The notes under the pieces were generated by a model. That model was not told the origin of the DNA. It saw only the letters and a program-made list of their open reading frames with translations, and ran no database searches. A stretch of 39,367 bases of DNA from a virus (Duplodnaviria; Caudoviricetes), in the IMG/VR virus record IMGVR_UViG_3300016649_000238, positions 1 through 39,367 of that record; one strand, 5' to 3'. Shown here piece by piece: positions 9,324 to 19,477 of the stretch. The position numbers and the translations under genes were made by a program. Position 1 is the stretch's first letter, and each line of letters starts with the position of its first letter.

Positions 9324-10466
9324 TTAGCGGTTTACGGTGATTGCAACAGAGGCGTAGTGAACTGCGCCCGCCAACTTACCGGCCACCTGAATCGGCATGG
9401 CCTGGCGTTTTTCACGGTCCGCCTGCAACTGGTTATCAACGCTGTCGGCGTACATGTAATAGCCTTTGGTCAGATAGTCACCCGTGCTGAGCTGACCGAT
9501 AGGACCGCCAGTCCATTTACCCGGTGCAAACAGACCATTATCCACTGCCTGCGCCAGCGCCAGTTCGATGGCTGCCATACGGGTAGTGGTGCCAGCATCG
9601 GTTTGCGGGATTTTGGTCGAAGAGGTGTAGAGCGTGTTGTAGTCCGCCGTCTGCACAGTATTTTGCAGCCAGTCGAGGCCGTGGCGCTCGTCAAAGAAGT
9701 CACCGTTTGCCATCACGCCCTGCTCAAGAATTGCCGTATCGTTGTCATACAGGACGTAAACGTTACAGTTTTTCGCCTCCAGAGCATTAGCCTGAGACGC
9801 GGTAAGCTCTTCATAGGTAATGCCCGGCTCCTGTTTGAATTTCAGGGTAATGGTTGTGTTATTGCCATTGAAATCTACGGTGAAAGCACGACCGAACGCA
9901 GACAGTGCCGCATAGCGGCTGGATGATGAATACTGGGTAAAAGTGCGACCCAAGGCAGCAGCCTTCAGCAGATAGGCGATGTCCGTCGTGGACGTCGCAT
10001 CCATAACCTCTGCATCTTGCGTGGTGATGGCAAGAATGCGGGAAACCGTGGCGGCCTGAAGCGCTGACGCTACGCTGACCATATCCGTATTGGATGGGTC
10101 AACCGTATCGGCAAGATGGAGGCCATACCAGGAGTTATAATTCAGCATTGCGTTGACGGCCTGCAGTACTGTTTCAACCGTACCCGCTTCGCCGCTTTCA
10201 AGGGTTTTCACCCACCGCCCGACATACACCTGAGTAGGTTGCGGGGATTGCGAGAACCAAACAACAGCGGCTTTGTATTCTTCGCTGGTAACACCAAAAT
10301 CAGTGCCAATGTCCTCAGCGCTTTCATACGAACGAATGCGCTCTGAGATTGGAATGACAGTGGATGTGCCAAGGATCAGCATTGAGCCAAAATTTCGGCC
10401 CCGCGCCGCAATGGCGGATAAGGTCACGGTCACATTAGCAATGCGACTGACGGATAATCCAGGCAT
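9324..10466 (-). CDS. Tail sheath protein, DUF3383-like
   Basis: WFSQSPQP, ITLKFKQEPGI, FFDERHGLDWLQN, KIPQTDAG, LAGAVH motifs. Confidence 0.88.
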   Translation of the reverse strand: MPGLSVSRIANVTVTLSAIAARGRNFGSMLILGTSTVIPISERIRSYESAEDIGTDFGVTSEEYKAAVVWFSQSPQPTQVYVGRWVKTLESGEAGTVETVLQAVNAMLNYNSWYGLHLADTVDPSNTDMVSVASALQAATVSRILAITTQDAEVMDATSTTDIAYLLKAAALGRTFTQYSSSSRYAALSAFGRAFTVDFNGNNTTITLKFKQEPGITYEELTASQANALEAKNCNVYVLYDNDTAILEQGVMANGDFFDERHGLDWLQNTVQTADYNTLYTSSTKIPQTDAGTTTRMAAIELALAQAVDNGLFAPGKWTGGPIGQLSTGDYLTKGYYMYADSVDNQLQADREKRQAMPIQVAGKLAGAVHYASVAITVNR

Positions 10467-10471
10467 GAGAG

Positions 10472-11017
10472 TTAATCTCCGGTGGTGATTGGGTTGTCTG
10501 TTTCGATTACGGTTTTGATGTCGTACGTGCGGATAACTTTTCGGCGTAGCTGCACGCTGAGGTCATATCGGCGCACCCACTGGTTATTAATGAGTTCGGG
10601 AAGATTCAACACGCGGCCACACTGCATAAAGCTCATGCCCGCCCGGTTCAGTTCGTCGTTATTCTGAGAAACGAAAATGCCAGCCCTGAATTGCTTTGCG
10701 GTCGCCATGCCCTGAGGGCCATAAAAACACGTCAGGATATCTACGGTTTCATGTGACCACTGTTCTGCGCCTGCATCGGTTTGAACGTAAGCAGGGTTAT
10801 CATCTTCCGGTATGGTATTGATGCCGAAGGCGCACCAGGTGGTGCCGTTTTTAGGTATCTGGATTTGCGGGTCAGTCCAGCGGGGGTAAACCAGATTTTT
10901 ATTCAGGCCGGTCAGCCCGCGTATCCAGCGACTGATTTCCCGCTCTAAATCCTGGTCATACGCTGGGACGTCACCTACGGGTGTCAGGTATCCTGGTGAG
11001 GTGCTATCGTTGCCCAC
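10472..11017 (-). CDS. Neck/tail terminator protein
   Basis: 181 aa; FYGP and PELINNQWVRRYD motifs; precedes sheath. Confidence 0.72.
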   Translation of the reverse strand: MGNDSTSPGYLTPVGDVPAYDQDLEREISRWIRGLTGLNKNLVYPRWTDPQIQIPKNGTTWCAFGINTIPEDDNPAYVQTDAGAEQWSHETVDILTCFYGPQGMATAKQFRAGIFVSQNNDELNRAGMSFMQCGRVLNLPELINNQWVRRYDLSVQLRRKVIRTYDIKTVIETDNPITTGD

Positions 11018-11410
11018 TTAACCTCCTTCCTGCCCCATCAGCTCACAGTGAGCCTGAACGAATCCAGCGCCATAACGCGTGTACGGATCGACAAACGTTA
11101 CCCGATACAAACCTCCGTTATAGATAACCAGGTCTGCATCAAGGTTAGGGCCGTCGTTAATATTTTTACTGCCCTGTGTAAGTCTGAACTGCGTCACGAT
11201 AAGAATGGCACCGTTGATGTTTTGCCCGGCGGCCATACGTCTGGCTTCAAGGGCACGATCGACAGTCACTACCCCAGTAAACGGAATTTCCTGAGGTGTA
11301 TTAATCGGAAAGTTATCGTCATCCGTCGTTTGAACCTGTCGGCGGCAAACCAGAGAGAAATCGACAAAATCCGGATCCAATAGCACTTCTGACACGTCGA
11401 GAAGCGGCAT
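11018..11410 (-). CDS. Head-tail adaptor/closure protein
   Basis: MPLLDVSEVLLDPDF N-terminus; position. Confidence 0.7.
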   Translation of the reverse strand: MPLLDVSEVLLDPDFVDFSLVCRRQVQTTDDDNFPINTPQEIPFTGVVTVDRALEARRMAAGQNINGAILIVTQFRLTQGSKNINDGPNLDADLVIYNGGLYRVTFVDPYTRYGAGFVQAHCELMGQEGG

Positions 11411-11916
11411 TATTTGCTCCTTACCACGTACGTGATTGAGCGAAAAAGGTAGCCATGGGCATAGAGCGGCTTATCCCCAGGAATACCCTGCGCACGACGT
11501 TTTTCTAGGGTTTTCTCTGACAAAGGATGTAACTGGTCGCCAGCAGAGATAACCGCCTTAGCGCCGTCGCTGGCAATTATCCCCGCGCGTTCGAGTCCCC
11601 TCATCGCTGATTCTGAATTGCCTTCCAGCGCCGCGGTTGCCGCCGCTTTCAGATACTCAATCGTGCGCGATTTGGTGTTCTCGATCCCCATGTCAAGAAA
11701 GGGGCGTGGCGGCAGAGTAACAGTGGTTCCACCGAGCTGGACGGTTGCACCCGTCGACTGCAAATAACCAATCTCGGCGTTATTGAGCGTTTCACCATCT
11801 TCCCGGGTCGCTTTCTCAGCAGGAATGCCAACCAGCACATCCATACCGCTGAGTTTTTTAAGCGACTCCAGAACAGCCGCTGCATTATCAGCCCTGACCG
11901 TCAGCCCCGATTTCAT
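11410..11916 (-). CDS. Neck/virion morphogenesis protein
   Basis: VLVGIP, NAEIGY, PPRPFL motifs; ATG 11916 overlaps upstream stop (ATGA). Confidence 0.72.
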   Translation of the reverse strand: MKSGLTVRADNAAAVLESLKKLSGMDVLVGIPAEKATREDGETLNNAEIGYLQSTGATVQLGGTTVTLPPRPFLDMGIENTKSRTIEYLKAAATAALEGNSESAMRGLERAGIIASDGAKAVISAGDQLHPLSEKTLEKRRAQGIPGDKPLYAHGYLFRSITYVVRSK

Positions 11917-12320
11917 AGGAGTTGCCTCCCGCCAGCGCCAGACATTTCCCACCACCAGAAAAACTCGCGGCCATAATCGGTGTTGTTCCAGAAACCCGCA
12001 TCAGGATTGATAATCCCCGACACGTCATAACTGGCACTGACCTTATCCACGGACTTTGATGTCAGGATGCCGCCGCCGGATGAGTTGACGCCGCCGAGAG
12101 CAGCCTGCGCACTGCGGCGACCGCGAATCTCGGTGTAATGCGCAGTGAAAAGCTCAGCGAGATACACGAACTGGTCGCCAAAGCGCGCCTGCTCCAGAAG
12201 GTTGTCAGCCTGGGTGAGATAAAAATTTACGGAAGTGTCGGGATAACGCGTTTTATCAGAGAACTCAGGGAAATCAGCGCGAAACTGATCACTTGTTGGA
12301 AGAAGACTGTTTTTTGGCAT
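11913..12320 (-). CDS. Head completion protein, DUF4054-like
   Basis: FRADFPEF, LFTAHY, SKSVDKVSASYD, WNNTDYG motifs. Confidence 0.8.
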   Translation of the reverse strand: MPKNSLLPTSDQFRADFPEFSDKTRYPDTSVNFYLTQADNLLEQARFGDQFVYLAELFTAHYTEIRGRRSAQAALGGVNSSGGGILTSKSVDKVSASYDVSGIINPDAGFWNNTDYGREFFWWWEMSGAGGRQLL

Positions 12321-12681
12321 TGCCAGTCTCCTGTTCAACATCGGGTTGCACCACGTCGGTTTTGTCGTCGTCCGTCAGCGCGCTATCCTGCGCATTGGTG
12401 AGGAGTGCCACCTGTGCTTTCAGGTCGGTGATTTCGCCGTCTTTGGTCAGAACCTGTGCTTTCAGGTCGGTGATTTCGCCTTCCAGCACATTAACCTTCA
12501 AAGTCAGATCAGCGTCAGAGTTCAGATTTTCAATTTCGGAATCATTGACGGCTTTGGCATGGGCACCAAACGCCCAGTGTTCGGCAACCTGCTTATCAAA
12601 ACTGTGAATGCCGGGCACCAGCTCAACCTGAGAACCGTCAGCAAAGCGGAGCGTTGCCGGGGTGGACACGAAATATTTCAT
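12289..12681 (-). CDS. Head-associated hypothetical protein with coiled-coil repeat
   Basis: Follows capsid gene; GEITDLKAQV present twice. Confidence 0.7.
   Translation of the reverse strand: MKYFVSTPATLRFADGSQVELVPGIHSFDKQVAEHWAFGAHAKAVNDSEIENLNSDADLTLKVNVLEGEITDLKAQVLTKDGEITDLKAQVALLTNAQDSALTDDDKTDVVQPDVEQETGNAKKQSSSNK
12410..12480. repeat. 29-bp exact direct repeat with 42-bp period
   Basis: acctgtgctttcaggtcggtgatttcgcc at 12410-12438 and 12452-12480. Confidence 0.9.
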
Positions 12682-12721
12682 AAATTTCTCCAGAAATGGC
12701 GGGGTTTCCCCCGCGCATTCA

Positions 12722-13669
12722 TCAGGCTACCGGAACGTCCAGGTATGCGATGGTGTTGCCGTATGGCGCTTCGATCTGACCGAGACGCCCGTAATAGGTG
12801 GTCAACTGGTAAATGCCGCGATATTCCAGTGGCGTATTCAGCAGCGGCACCAGCGGGAAGCGAATGTATTTCTCATCCTGCGTGTAAGCCACCACGCGAT
12901 GCGCACCAGCCGATCCTCGTTTGCTCGCCCATTTCATGGAGACGATTTCCAGCGGCTCACCGTTCTCCTGAAACGCGATACAGTTGATCTTCACGTATTC
13001 CAGAACGGAGATGTTCCCCGCTGATGACACCTTCTTGCTGGAAAGCAGCCCGAACAGTTCGGGCGCCATGCCCACCTTGCGTGGACACATCGCGTAACCA
13101 GAGGACAGCCACGCTGAAGTCAGTAACAGATTGATGTCCTGAACGATGACGTCAGGGTCAGTTGTTGCCGTCCACGCAGCGGCGGCCGCTACAGGAATAA
13201 CCTGAGCCAGATTCAGAAGGCCAGTGATGCCGAGGTCGGTATCGCCGATATAAACCTGCTCATCGATGTCCATGTTCCATTTCAGTTGCATGGCATCGTA
13301 TTTTTGCACATCAACCGGGCGTCCAAGCCGTTGAGCAGATGCCAGTTCCGGAAGTGTCCAACCCAATTCCATCCCCCAGAGCGTGAGGGGTTGCGGAGTT
13401 TTCTCAATGAGAAGGTTGGTAGTCGGGATCGCGGTGGAGTTTTTTCCGATCCAGTTTTTACCGTTCGGATTCACGCCACCAGCAGCAGCCAGGTCGGTGT
13501 TGGTGAACGATGAAATTTCATCAGCGATCGACACGTCGCTGCGCAGCGGCATATCGCGGGACCACTTATACGAGACAAGTGGCAGGTTCAGCGTCTGGTC
13601 AAGACGTTCCAGCTCACCAACGAGGAACGCGCCAGCCGCATCAGTGGTGGCTTTATCAATAGTAAACAT
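12722..13669 (-). CDS. Major capsid protein, DUF2184-like
   Basis: 315 aa; FLVGELERLD, GWTLPELASA, YIGD..GITGLLN motifs. Confidence 0.88.
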   Translation of the reverse strand: MFTIDKATTDAAGAFLVGELERLDQTLNLPLVSYKWSRDMPLRSDVSIADEISSFTNTDLAAAGGVNPNGKNWIGKNSTAIPTTNLLIEKTPQPLTLWGMELGWTLPELASAQRLGRPVDVQKYDAMQLKWNMDIDEQVYIGDTDLGITGLLNLAQVIPVAAAAAWTATTDPDVIVQDINLLLTSAWLSSGYAMCPRKVGMAPELFGLLSSKKVSSAGNISVLEYVKINCIAFQENGEPLEIVSMKWASKRGSAGAHRVVAYTQDEKYIRFPLVPLLNTPLEYRGIYQLTTYYGRLGQIEAPYGNTIAYLDVPVA

Positions 13670-13679
13670 TCAGTGTTCC

Positions 13680-14198
13680 TTAAATGTTGTAAGCAATTTC
13701 TACGTGACCTTTACCAGCGCCAGCGATGCCGTCACCCGGACCCATGACTTTCGCCACTGTCAGTTCGGGAGTATTTGTTGCTGTAGCGTCAGGCGTTAAT
13801 ACCAGAGAACCCAGCGGGCTTGATGCTGTCGGAGCTGCGACGCGCACGTAAACCTTCGCGCCTTTCACTGCGGCCGTTGCTTGCCCTACCGGTACGCTCA
13901 CGCAGATGTAGCCACGAGCAAGACGATCGCCCGTTATGCCAGACTTCACGCCGAGATAGGCAATATCTGCCTGTGACTGCGTTGGGTAAGGGCGGATCAG
14001 GATGCCTGCGACGTCGTCAATGTCATCGCCCGCTTCAAGTGGCACAAACTTATTGCCGCTCCATTTACCTGCAAGACCAAACTGGTCGAAGACTTTTACG
14101 TTATCGAGGATGACCGGCTCGGCGGTCAGATCCTGCAGGCGAGTTACTGCACCGGAAATGCCAAGGGGCATCCGGGTTACATAAGCATTTCCAGCCAT
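13680..14198 (-). CDS. Capsid decoration/cement protein
   Basis: RMPLGISGAVTR...VEIAYNI; immediately upstream of capsid. Confidence 0.75.
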   Translation of the reverse strand: MAGNAYVTRMPLGISGAVTRLQDLTAEPVILDNVKVFDQFGLAGKWSGNKFVPLEAGDDIDDVAGILIRPYPTQSQADIAYLGVKSGITGDRLARGYICVSVPVGQATAAVKGAKVYVRVAAPTASSPLGSLVLTPDATATNTPELTVAKVMGPGDGIAGAGKGHVEIAYNI

Positions 14199-14208
14199 GG
14201 GGGTTACC

Positions 14209-15468
14209 TTATTGGTTGCGTTTCCAGAAATCGGCGTTGATTTTGTTGAGTTCAGAAGGGGTCACCGGTCCGCGTGCGCCGTCGCCGGTTCGCTTACCCT
14301 GACTGAGCGGTGCGATATGGTTTTTTGCCTTATTCAGCGTCACGGCAGCGGCAAAGACTGCATCCACCGTAGCTTTCGGCGCTTTAGTGAAGTCGGACAC
14401 CCCAAAATCTTTCAGGCTGTCGCCGGTGCGTACCGCATGGTTAAGAACCTGACGCTTCAGGCCTTTATCGCTGGCCGGATTGAAACCAGGAGAGAGGATT
14501 TCAGCATCAGCAATAATGTTGCGCTTATAGGCAGCATCAGCTGTTACCTTCTTATCCTCTTCCAAATCTTCGTCAGTAGTTGGCATGTCATCGGGATTGG
14601 CGTCGGTAGTCTTACCCTCCAGCTTTTCCATCCTTGCAATGAGCGCCTGAGCCCACGCGGGGACTTCTCCATCACCGGTTTTTTCCGGCTCGGGCTTATC
14701 GTCCACCGTGGTTTTATTTTCCGCTGGTAGCGATGTCGCCTGCGCGGGCGTGTTCATGTTGATGGTGACGCCGGGGATAGAGCCCATACCATCAGATGGC
14801 ATCTCCGGTGCTTCGTCGATGAGCTTCTGCAAAGCATCCTCATCTTTCGTTTTGATGGCCGTAGCCAGTTTTTTCAGCCATGACATTGCAGGCTTCTCCT
14901 TTTTGACAGATATGGATGGGGCAGAATCCCCGATAGCACAAAGGTTACCCGCCCGGCCTTTTTCGATACCCACGGCCAGATGGTTTCCAGTGATTCGATA
15001 TTGCTTGCCTTTGCCAGGTGCTAACTGCTTATAAAGCGCGTCATACCCGCAGCTCACATCAGTGAGTCCAGCGTTGATGGCATCGATAGCTTCTTGCCGT
15101 TTAACGAGAACGTCGGCTAATAGCAGATTGGATTGCTCGCCGGTACCACGCCGGACGTTTTGAATATGACCGTGAGCAAGTTCGGCGTAATTGCCGGGAT
15201 TAACAAAAAGTATGCTTCCGTCACTGTCTTCCGGATGTCCCAGCGTTACCGCCACCCCTTCGAAACTTGCCATTGTTTCCGGAGAGAAAACCTCATCTTC
15301 CAGGCGGTACACGGTCACGGTTCCGCTGGCGTCTGCCTCGAGATCAATCTCTTCGGGTAAATAGATTTGCATCCCTGTGCGCGCTATCGGTACGTCCTTG
15401 CACAGCAGAGAGCCGTCCGCCTGTTGAAATCGCGTTTCGCCCAGGCGGGTGGTGAAGAAATATTTCAT
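14209..15468 (-). CDS. Head maturation protease/scaffold, DUF2213-like
   Basis: VPIARTG, VTLGHP, VSCGYDA, GNHLA, GRAG motifs; charged scaffold-like C-terminus. Confidence 0.87.
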   Translation of the reverse strand: MKYFFTTRLGETRFQQADGSLLCKDVPIARTGMQIYLPEEIDLEADASGTVTVYRLEDEVFSPETMASFEGVAVTLGHPEDSDGSILFVNPGNYAELAHGHIQNVRRGTGEQSNLLLADVLVKRQEAIDAINAGLTDVSCGYDALYKQLAPGKGKQYRITGNHLAVGIEKGRAGNLCAIGDSAPSISVKKEKPAMSWLKKLATAIKTKDEDALQKLIDEAPEMPSDGMGSIPGVTINMNTPAQATSLPAENKTTVDDKPEPEKTGDGEVPAWAQALIARMEKLEGKTTDANPDDMPTTDEDLEEDKKVTADAAYKRNIIADAEILSPGFNPASDKGLKRQVLNHAVRTGDSLKDFGVSDFTKAPKATVDAVFAAAVTLNKAKNHIAPLSQGKRTGDGARGPVTPSELNKINADFWKRNQ

Positions 15469-15493
15469 TGGTCACCTGCTGAATTGCGGGCAT

Positions 15494-15517
15494 AAAAAAG
15501 GCCACCTAATGGCGGCC
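15494..15517 (-). terminator. Rho-independent terminator
   Basis: GGCCGCC-atta-GGTGGCC followed by T6 on minus strand. Confidence 0.65.
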
Positions 15518-15552
15518 AGACTGTTCACTGATATTTGCCCAAATAACGGGCT

Positions 15553-15580
15553 ATTTAACATAAGGGTCATTTAGCGCCCT
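15553..15580 (-). other. XerC/XerD recombination core site 1 (psi/dif-like)
   Basis: AGGGCGCTAAA-TGACCC-TTATGTTAAAT; XerD arm 11/11 and XerC arm 7/11 vs E. coli dif GGTGCGCATAA-N6-TTATGTTAAAT. Confidence 0.75.
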
Positions 15581-15663
15581 ATGAGATCGACACTCGCCGA
15601 AAGGATGCTATCAACGGCCTGAAATTGGCACTCAAATCCACAAAATCGTCTGCATTTCGATAA

Positions 15664-15679
15664 CAACATTTTGTTAACA
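15664..15679 (-). promoter_or_regulatory. ArcA-box-like element in accessory region of Xer site 1
   Basis: TGTTA-ACAAAA-TGTTG fits the TGTTA-N6-TGTTA direct-repeat consensus; about 85-100 bp from the XerC arm. Confidence 0.5.
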
Positions 15680-15731
15680 ATTGACGAGTATTGCAGTTCA
15701 CGCAAAACGGACTGGGTAACCCTTATTTTTG

Positions 15732-16490
15732 CTATTTTCCTGCAGCAGGGATATCCACCTCAGGCCAGCATTTGCAGTTAGGCAAGCATCCGGCGTGTCC
15801 GGTCATACCGTCAAGCGTCGGCGGGTTATCCCAGCGCACAAACTTATCTTTCATTTTCTTATGGGAGGGTCGCGTGCCAGCACCTTCAATGCGCCACCAG
15901 TACCCCTCAGATCCCACTGATAACGCACGTGCCTGAGTCAGAGCGCCAGTAGCTCGCCCTATCTCCGTGCGCGCAATCATCTTTGCCCGGCTGGCAGCAA
16001 CATCACCGGACTGCATGATCATGTCGTAGAGTGCGTCAGGCCGCTCACCATTAATGACAGCCTGTATAGCGCGGCCCTGAATGTCTTTAACCCTGCCAGC
16101 AGCTTCCAGCGGCAGTGACTTCATCAACTGAATTTGCCGGTATACAATGTCCTGCGTAACCTGTCCCACAGGCGTATTACCCACGACATCACGCAGCCCC
16201 TCGGATATTTGCTGCGACACCGAACGCCACTGACTCCACTCCTCCCGCTCAACCTGCAGGAACATTTTCTGCGCCACCTGAGTAGACCAATCGCCGAGAA
16301 CCTGCGAGTAGTCGATCAGATGTCCGGCGATGGTATCAGCGCTGTCCTGGGAACCATCGTAAGAGCCAGTTACTATCTCGTTTATCTGGCTGACTATCCC
16401 CAGTAGGCTTTTCTGATACTGAACTTCTGAACGACGGCGCAGGGCCGGTTTCAGATTCAGGCTCCTCCCACTGCGACTTCGCATCTTCAA
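15732..16490 (-). CDS. Minor head protein (Mu F / SPP1 gp7-like); start uncertain
   Basis: RAKMIARTE, Y.W, TRPSH, HAGCLPNCKC motifs. Confidence 0.87.
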   Translation of the reverse strand: MKMRSRSGRSLNLKPALRRRSEVQYQKSLLGIVSQINEIVTGSYDGSQDSADTIAGHLIDYSQVLGDWSTQVAQKMFLQVEREEWSQWRSVSQQISEGLRDVVGNTPVGQVTQDIVYRQIQLMKSLPLEAAGRVKDIQGRAIQAVINGERPDALYDMIMQSGDVAASRAKMIARTEIGRATGALTQARALSVGSEGYWWRIEGAGTRPSHKKMKDKFVRWDNPPTLDGMTGHAGCLPNCKCWPEVDIPAAGK

Positions 16491-17805
16491 TATCCTTGTC
16501 AGTGATAGAACCGCCGATGCCGATCACATCCGACATGTTGCGCAGATCGCTCAGCGCAGCAGCGGGAGACATGCCGATATCACGAACGGCCGTCGCCAGC
16601 GCTGTCGTGACGTTACTGGCCATGGTCGCCCGGTCTGTATCTGACATCTCCCAGAGCTTATTGAACTCGAAGGTGAAATCATCCGGGAGCGGTTCACCGA
16701 ATAGCGAGCGCCAGGAAATATCGAGCAACCAGCGAATAGAACGGCGCAGGCGGCGTTCCTGAAGCGAGTTCACGCGGCTGTAGTAGTTCTCAAGGTCACC
16801 GTCACCGGTACTGAATCCCGATGGCGATTGACCAAACAGGCGCACCAGCGGAATGCCAGTCGCCCCTGAGACCTGCTCAGCGAAGCGCAGGATGACGTCA
16901 GCAATACCCGCAAACGAATAGCTGTGCGTCTGGAACTCGTCACTCTTATCCATGAGCGTCATCCCTTCGATGGTCTGAAACTCACGGATCATGTCCATGT
17001 GCTTTTTCAGCCCCTCTTCCATCGCGCCCCCAGTGGCGAGGATTTTTCGCAATCCATCAATGCTGTAGGTTCGCAGATGCGCCTTGTGGATTAACTGGGT
17101 TGTGCCGACAGTTGCAGTGTCAAAGGCCTGAATGCGCTCAAAGATGCGTTCGACCACAGACATGCCCCAGCCGTTCTCCGTCTGCGCTTGCTGGAATGGA
17201 AGCGTATCGCCCTCCATGCGCACCAGCCGGGAGTGGTGGATCTTCCAGGGTGGAATGCCCTGCTGATCAGTAACCACTTTATAAAATTTTGGCTTTCCAA
17301 AGTCCGGGCCGTAGTCGGTGATCAAGTCGTAATAACTCGGATTTACCATCCAACGGTCGAACACCATCAGCCCTTTAAACTGCCCCTCTTTGATGCGATC
17401 GAGGTTGAGCGGCGTTCTCATGTCCTGACCTTCAATGAGAACCACCAGCAGCGCACCTCCGTATAACCGCGACCACTTAAGCGTGTTGTTCACTTCATCC
17501 CAAACGGCGATATCATCCCAGAAAGTTTCAAACTTTCCCTTCTGACCGGGTTTCAGCTTTGAACTGATGTTAATGCCCTTGCGGGTCATGTCATCGGCCA
17601 TCGCATCTACACCCGCACCCACCAGAAACGATGAACGGTAAGCAAATTCGAGCTGCACACGGTTACGGGAAATATAACCAGGCTGATAACTGCCGCCAGT
17701 CTGGATATTGGCGGTGTGCCCGCCGAGTTTCGCCGTGAAATTATTGTACCCGTCAGCAGTCCTGACGGGCTTTTGCGCGCCAGTACGGCGTTGTTTTCGG
17801 GCCAT
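16336..17805 (-). CDS. Portal protein, DUF1073-like
   Basis: ADDMTRKG, WSRLYGG, IHHSRL, GIPLVRLFGQSP, DLENYY motifs. Confidence 0.9.
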   Translation of the reverse strand: MARKQRRTGAQKPVRTADGYNNFTAKLGGHTANIQTGGSYQPGYISRNRVQLEFAYRSSFLVGAGVDAMADDMTRKGINISSKLKPGQKGKFETFWDDIAVWDEVNNTLKWSRLYGGALLVVLIEGQDMRTPLNLDRIKEGQFKGLMVFDRWMVNPSYYDLITDYGPDFGKPKFYKVVTDQQGIPPWKIHHSRLVRMEGDTLPFQQAQTENGWGMSVVERIFERIQAFDTATVGTTQLIHKAHLRTYSIDGLRKILATGGAMEEGLKKHMDMIREFQTIEGMTLMDKSDEFQTHSYSFAGIADVILRFAEQVSGATGIPLVRLFGQSPSGFSTGDGDLENYYSRVNSLQERRLRRSIRWLLDISWRSLFGEPLPDDFTFEFNKLWEMSDTDRATMASNVTTALATAVRDIGMSPAAALSDLRNMSDVIGIGGSITDKDIEDAKSQWEEPESETGPAPSFRSSVSEKPTGDSQPDKRDSNWLLRWFPGQR

Positions 17806-17807
17806 TA

Positions 17808-19424
17808 CTAATTTCCTAATTGAGCCCAGACATCAAGTGATGAGTCCATTGGGGCGTAATTTATCATCACCGAGTCAGCGAGGTTAGGCGACTTGGTGCC
17901 ATCTGGCTGCTTATCCACGATAATTTTTCCGACGCCGTTGATTGAATACGTTGGCTGCGAAAGCTCGATGATTAATTTGTCGAGATTTTTGATATCCCCG
18001 CTGATGGAAATAATCTCATCGGGGTTGTAGTCCATTTTCTCTTCGACAGCGCGGTATACGTTGCGGAAGAGTTTACGGAGATGCCACCAGCTCTGAGCCT
18101 TTGCATTGGCAAAGAAATCTTTGTTGATGCGGGCTGGCTGCCCGTTGTCTCCGGGTACCGCTTCGGCCTCCGGATCAAATACTGAGGCGCTGCCCCGGAA
18201 CGGCGTCGCAAGAATGTACCGGGCGCCCTCTGCTTTGCGTATCTCGTTTATTGCTCGAGCATCGCCGCGAACGCCAGCGCCCAACCCGTCTTCATCGAAA
18301 CGAAACTCTTCAAGTCCGTGCTTATCACACAGGCCAAAGGCTTTTTCAGATGATTTGTAGATATCACTGCCGACGCCGGACCACTCTTCAACCTCGGTGA
18401 GCAGGAATCCGTATCGGGCAGAGAATGCGTTTTTATCCCGCCCCTCGTCGGCCACGTCCATTGCACCCAGGCGTTTACCTGTTGGCTGAATGCCGAGTTT
18501 AATGTGCGCGTTGATAGCAGCCCTGATCCACTCGTTCGGTATCAGCACACCTTCTGCAGATGCGGAATAGTTCAGGTCAAGTTCTTGAGCGACAACAACC
18601 GGGTTATCAATTTTCGCGCATTCTTTCGCGTACCAGGCTTCATCCTTTCGCGGGTCGCTGCGCCAGTGAAACGTAAATACTGGTATGCGTCCGCCGTGAC
18701 GTTTCTGAGCGAATGGGTTTGCCATGCCGTTGACCGATGAGAGGTCTATACGGCATCTGGTGGTTTGCGACAGTGAGGCTTCAATGAGTAGTGGCCGCTG
18801 AAGAAATGCTGCCTCATCGACAAAATAAAGCGTGGTACGGTCACCGCGCCCGATGTTATCGCCCGCCTCGCCTTTCAGCACTGCACCGGTAGTTGGGAAT
18901 TCAACGCGCATATACGGCGCGTGCTTCTTCGCGCTCCAGCCTCCACGAAACTCGACCGGGAGCATTTCGACAAACTTACGCGCTTTCCAGAAAAGTGCCT
19001 TCGGGTCACCGGTGCTGTCTACATACTCTTCCTTGCGGGAACCGAAGCCGATCACCATTTCTTTATTGAAAAGACACAGTGCGCAGGCCAATCCGATTGA
19101 TGTCCAGCTAAGCCCCATCTCACGGCTCTTTTCGGTAATGCCGTTTTCCTGTTGGCTGCGACGGTCCATTATCCAGCCGATCCATTCCTCCTGTTTTGGG
19201 AACAGCAGAAAGGGAACAGAAACCGGCATCCCGAAATCAAGGTTGCGCGGGTCGGTAGTCATACCCCAGTCGATAATGAACTGTGCCGGATTATCACGAT
19301 AAAATGCTTTCAGCGCTGGCAGCATCTCTGGCTGCTGGCGGATGCGCTGCAGCCGCTCCATGCGCCATTCGAACACCTGACCGTAGTCCGGTTTTTTGAA
19401 ATCGAACGGGAACGGGATAGGCAT
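17808..19424 (-). CDS. Terminase large subunit
   Basis: KSREMG Walker A-like, YFVDEAA Walker [10 protein letters not shown] and SPNLADS nuclease motifs. Confidence 0.93.
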   Translation of the reverse strand: MPIPFPFDFKKPDYGQVFEWRMERLQRIRQQPEMLPALKAFYRDNPAQFIIDWGMTTDPRNLDFGMPVSVPFLLFPKQEEWIGWIMDRRSQQENGITEKSREMGLSWTSIGLACALCLFNKEMVIGFGSRKEEYVDSTGDPKALFWKARKFVEMLPVEFRGGWSAKKHAPYMRVEFPTTGAVLKGEAGDNIGRGDRTTLYFVDEAAFLQRPLLIEASLSQTTRCRIDLSSVNGMANPFAQKRHGGRIPVFTFHWRSDPRKDEAWYAKECAKIDNPVVVAQELDLNYSASAEGVLIPNEWIRAAINAHIKLGIQPTGKRLGAMDVADEGRDKNAFSARYGFLLTEVEEWSGVGSDIYKSSEKAFGLCDKHGLEEFRFDEDGLGAGVRGDARAINEIRKAEGARYILATPFRGSASVFDPEAEAVPGDNGQPARINKDFFANAKAQSWWHLRKLFRNVYRAVEEKMDYNPDEIISISGDIKNLDKLIIELSQPTYSINGVGKIIVDKQPDGTKSPNLADSVMINYAPMDSSLDVWAQLGN

Positions 19425-19449
19425 AGATAATTGCTCGGATAAATTGGCT

Positions 19450-19477
19450 TTTTAACATAATGACCGTTAACCGCCCC
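19450..19477 (-). other. XerC/XerD recombination core site 2 (cer/dif-like)
   Basis: GGGGCGGTTAA-CGGTCA-TTATGTTAAAA; XerD arm 10/11, XerC arm 8/11 vs dif; lies in a 206-bp intergenic gap. Confidence 0.72.

Noticed and set aside
15553-15580. Host chromosomal dif site or IMEX-type integration junction
   Set aside because: Both cores lie inside a continuous head operon with diverged XerC arms and spacers, and the phage has its own int/xis and att arm.
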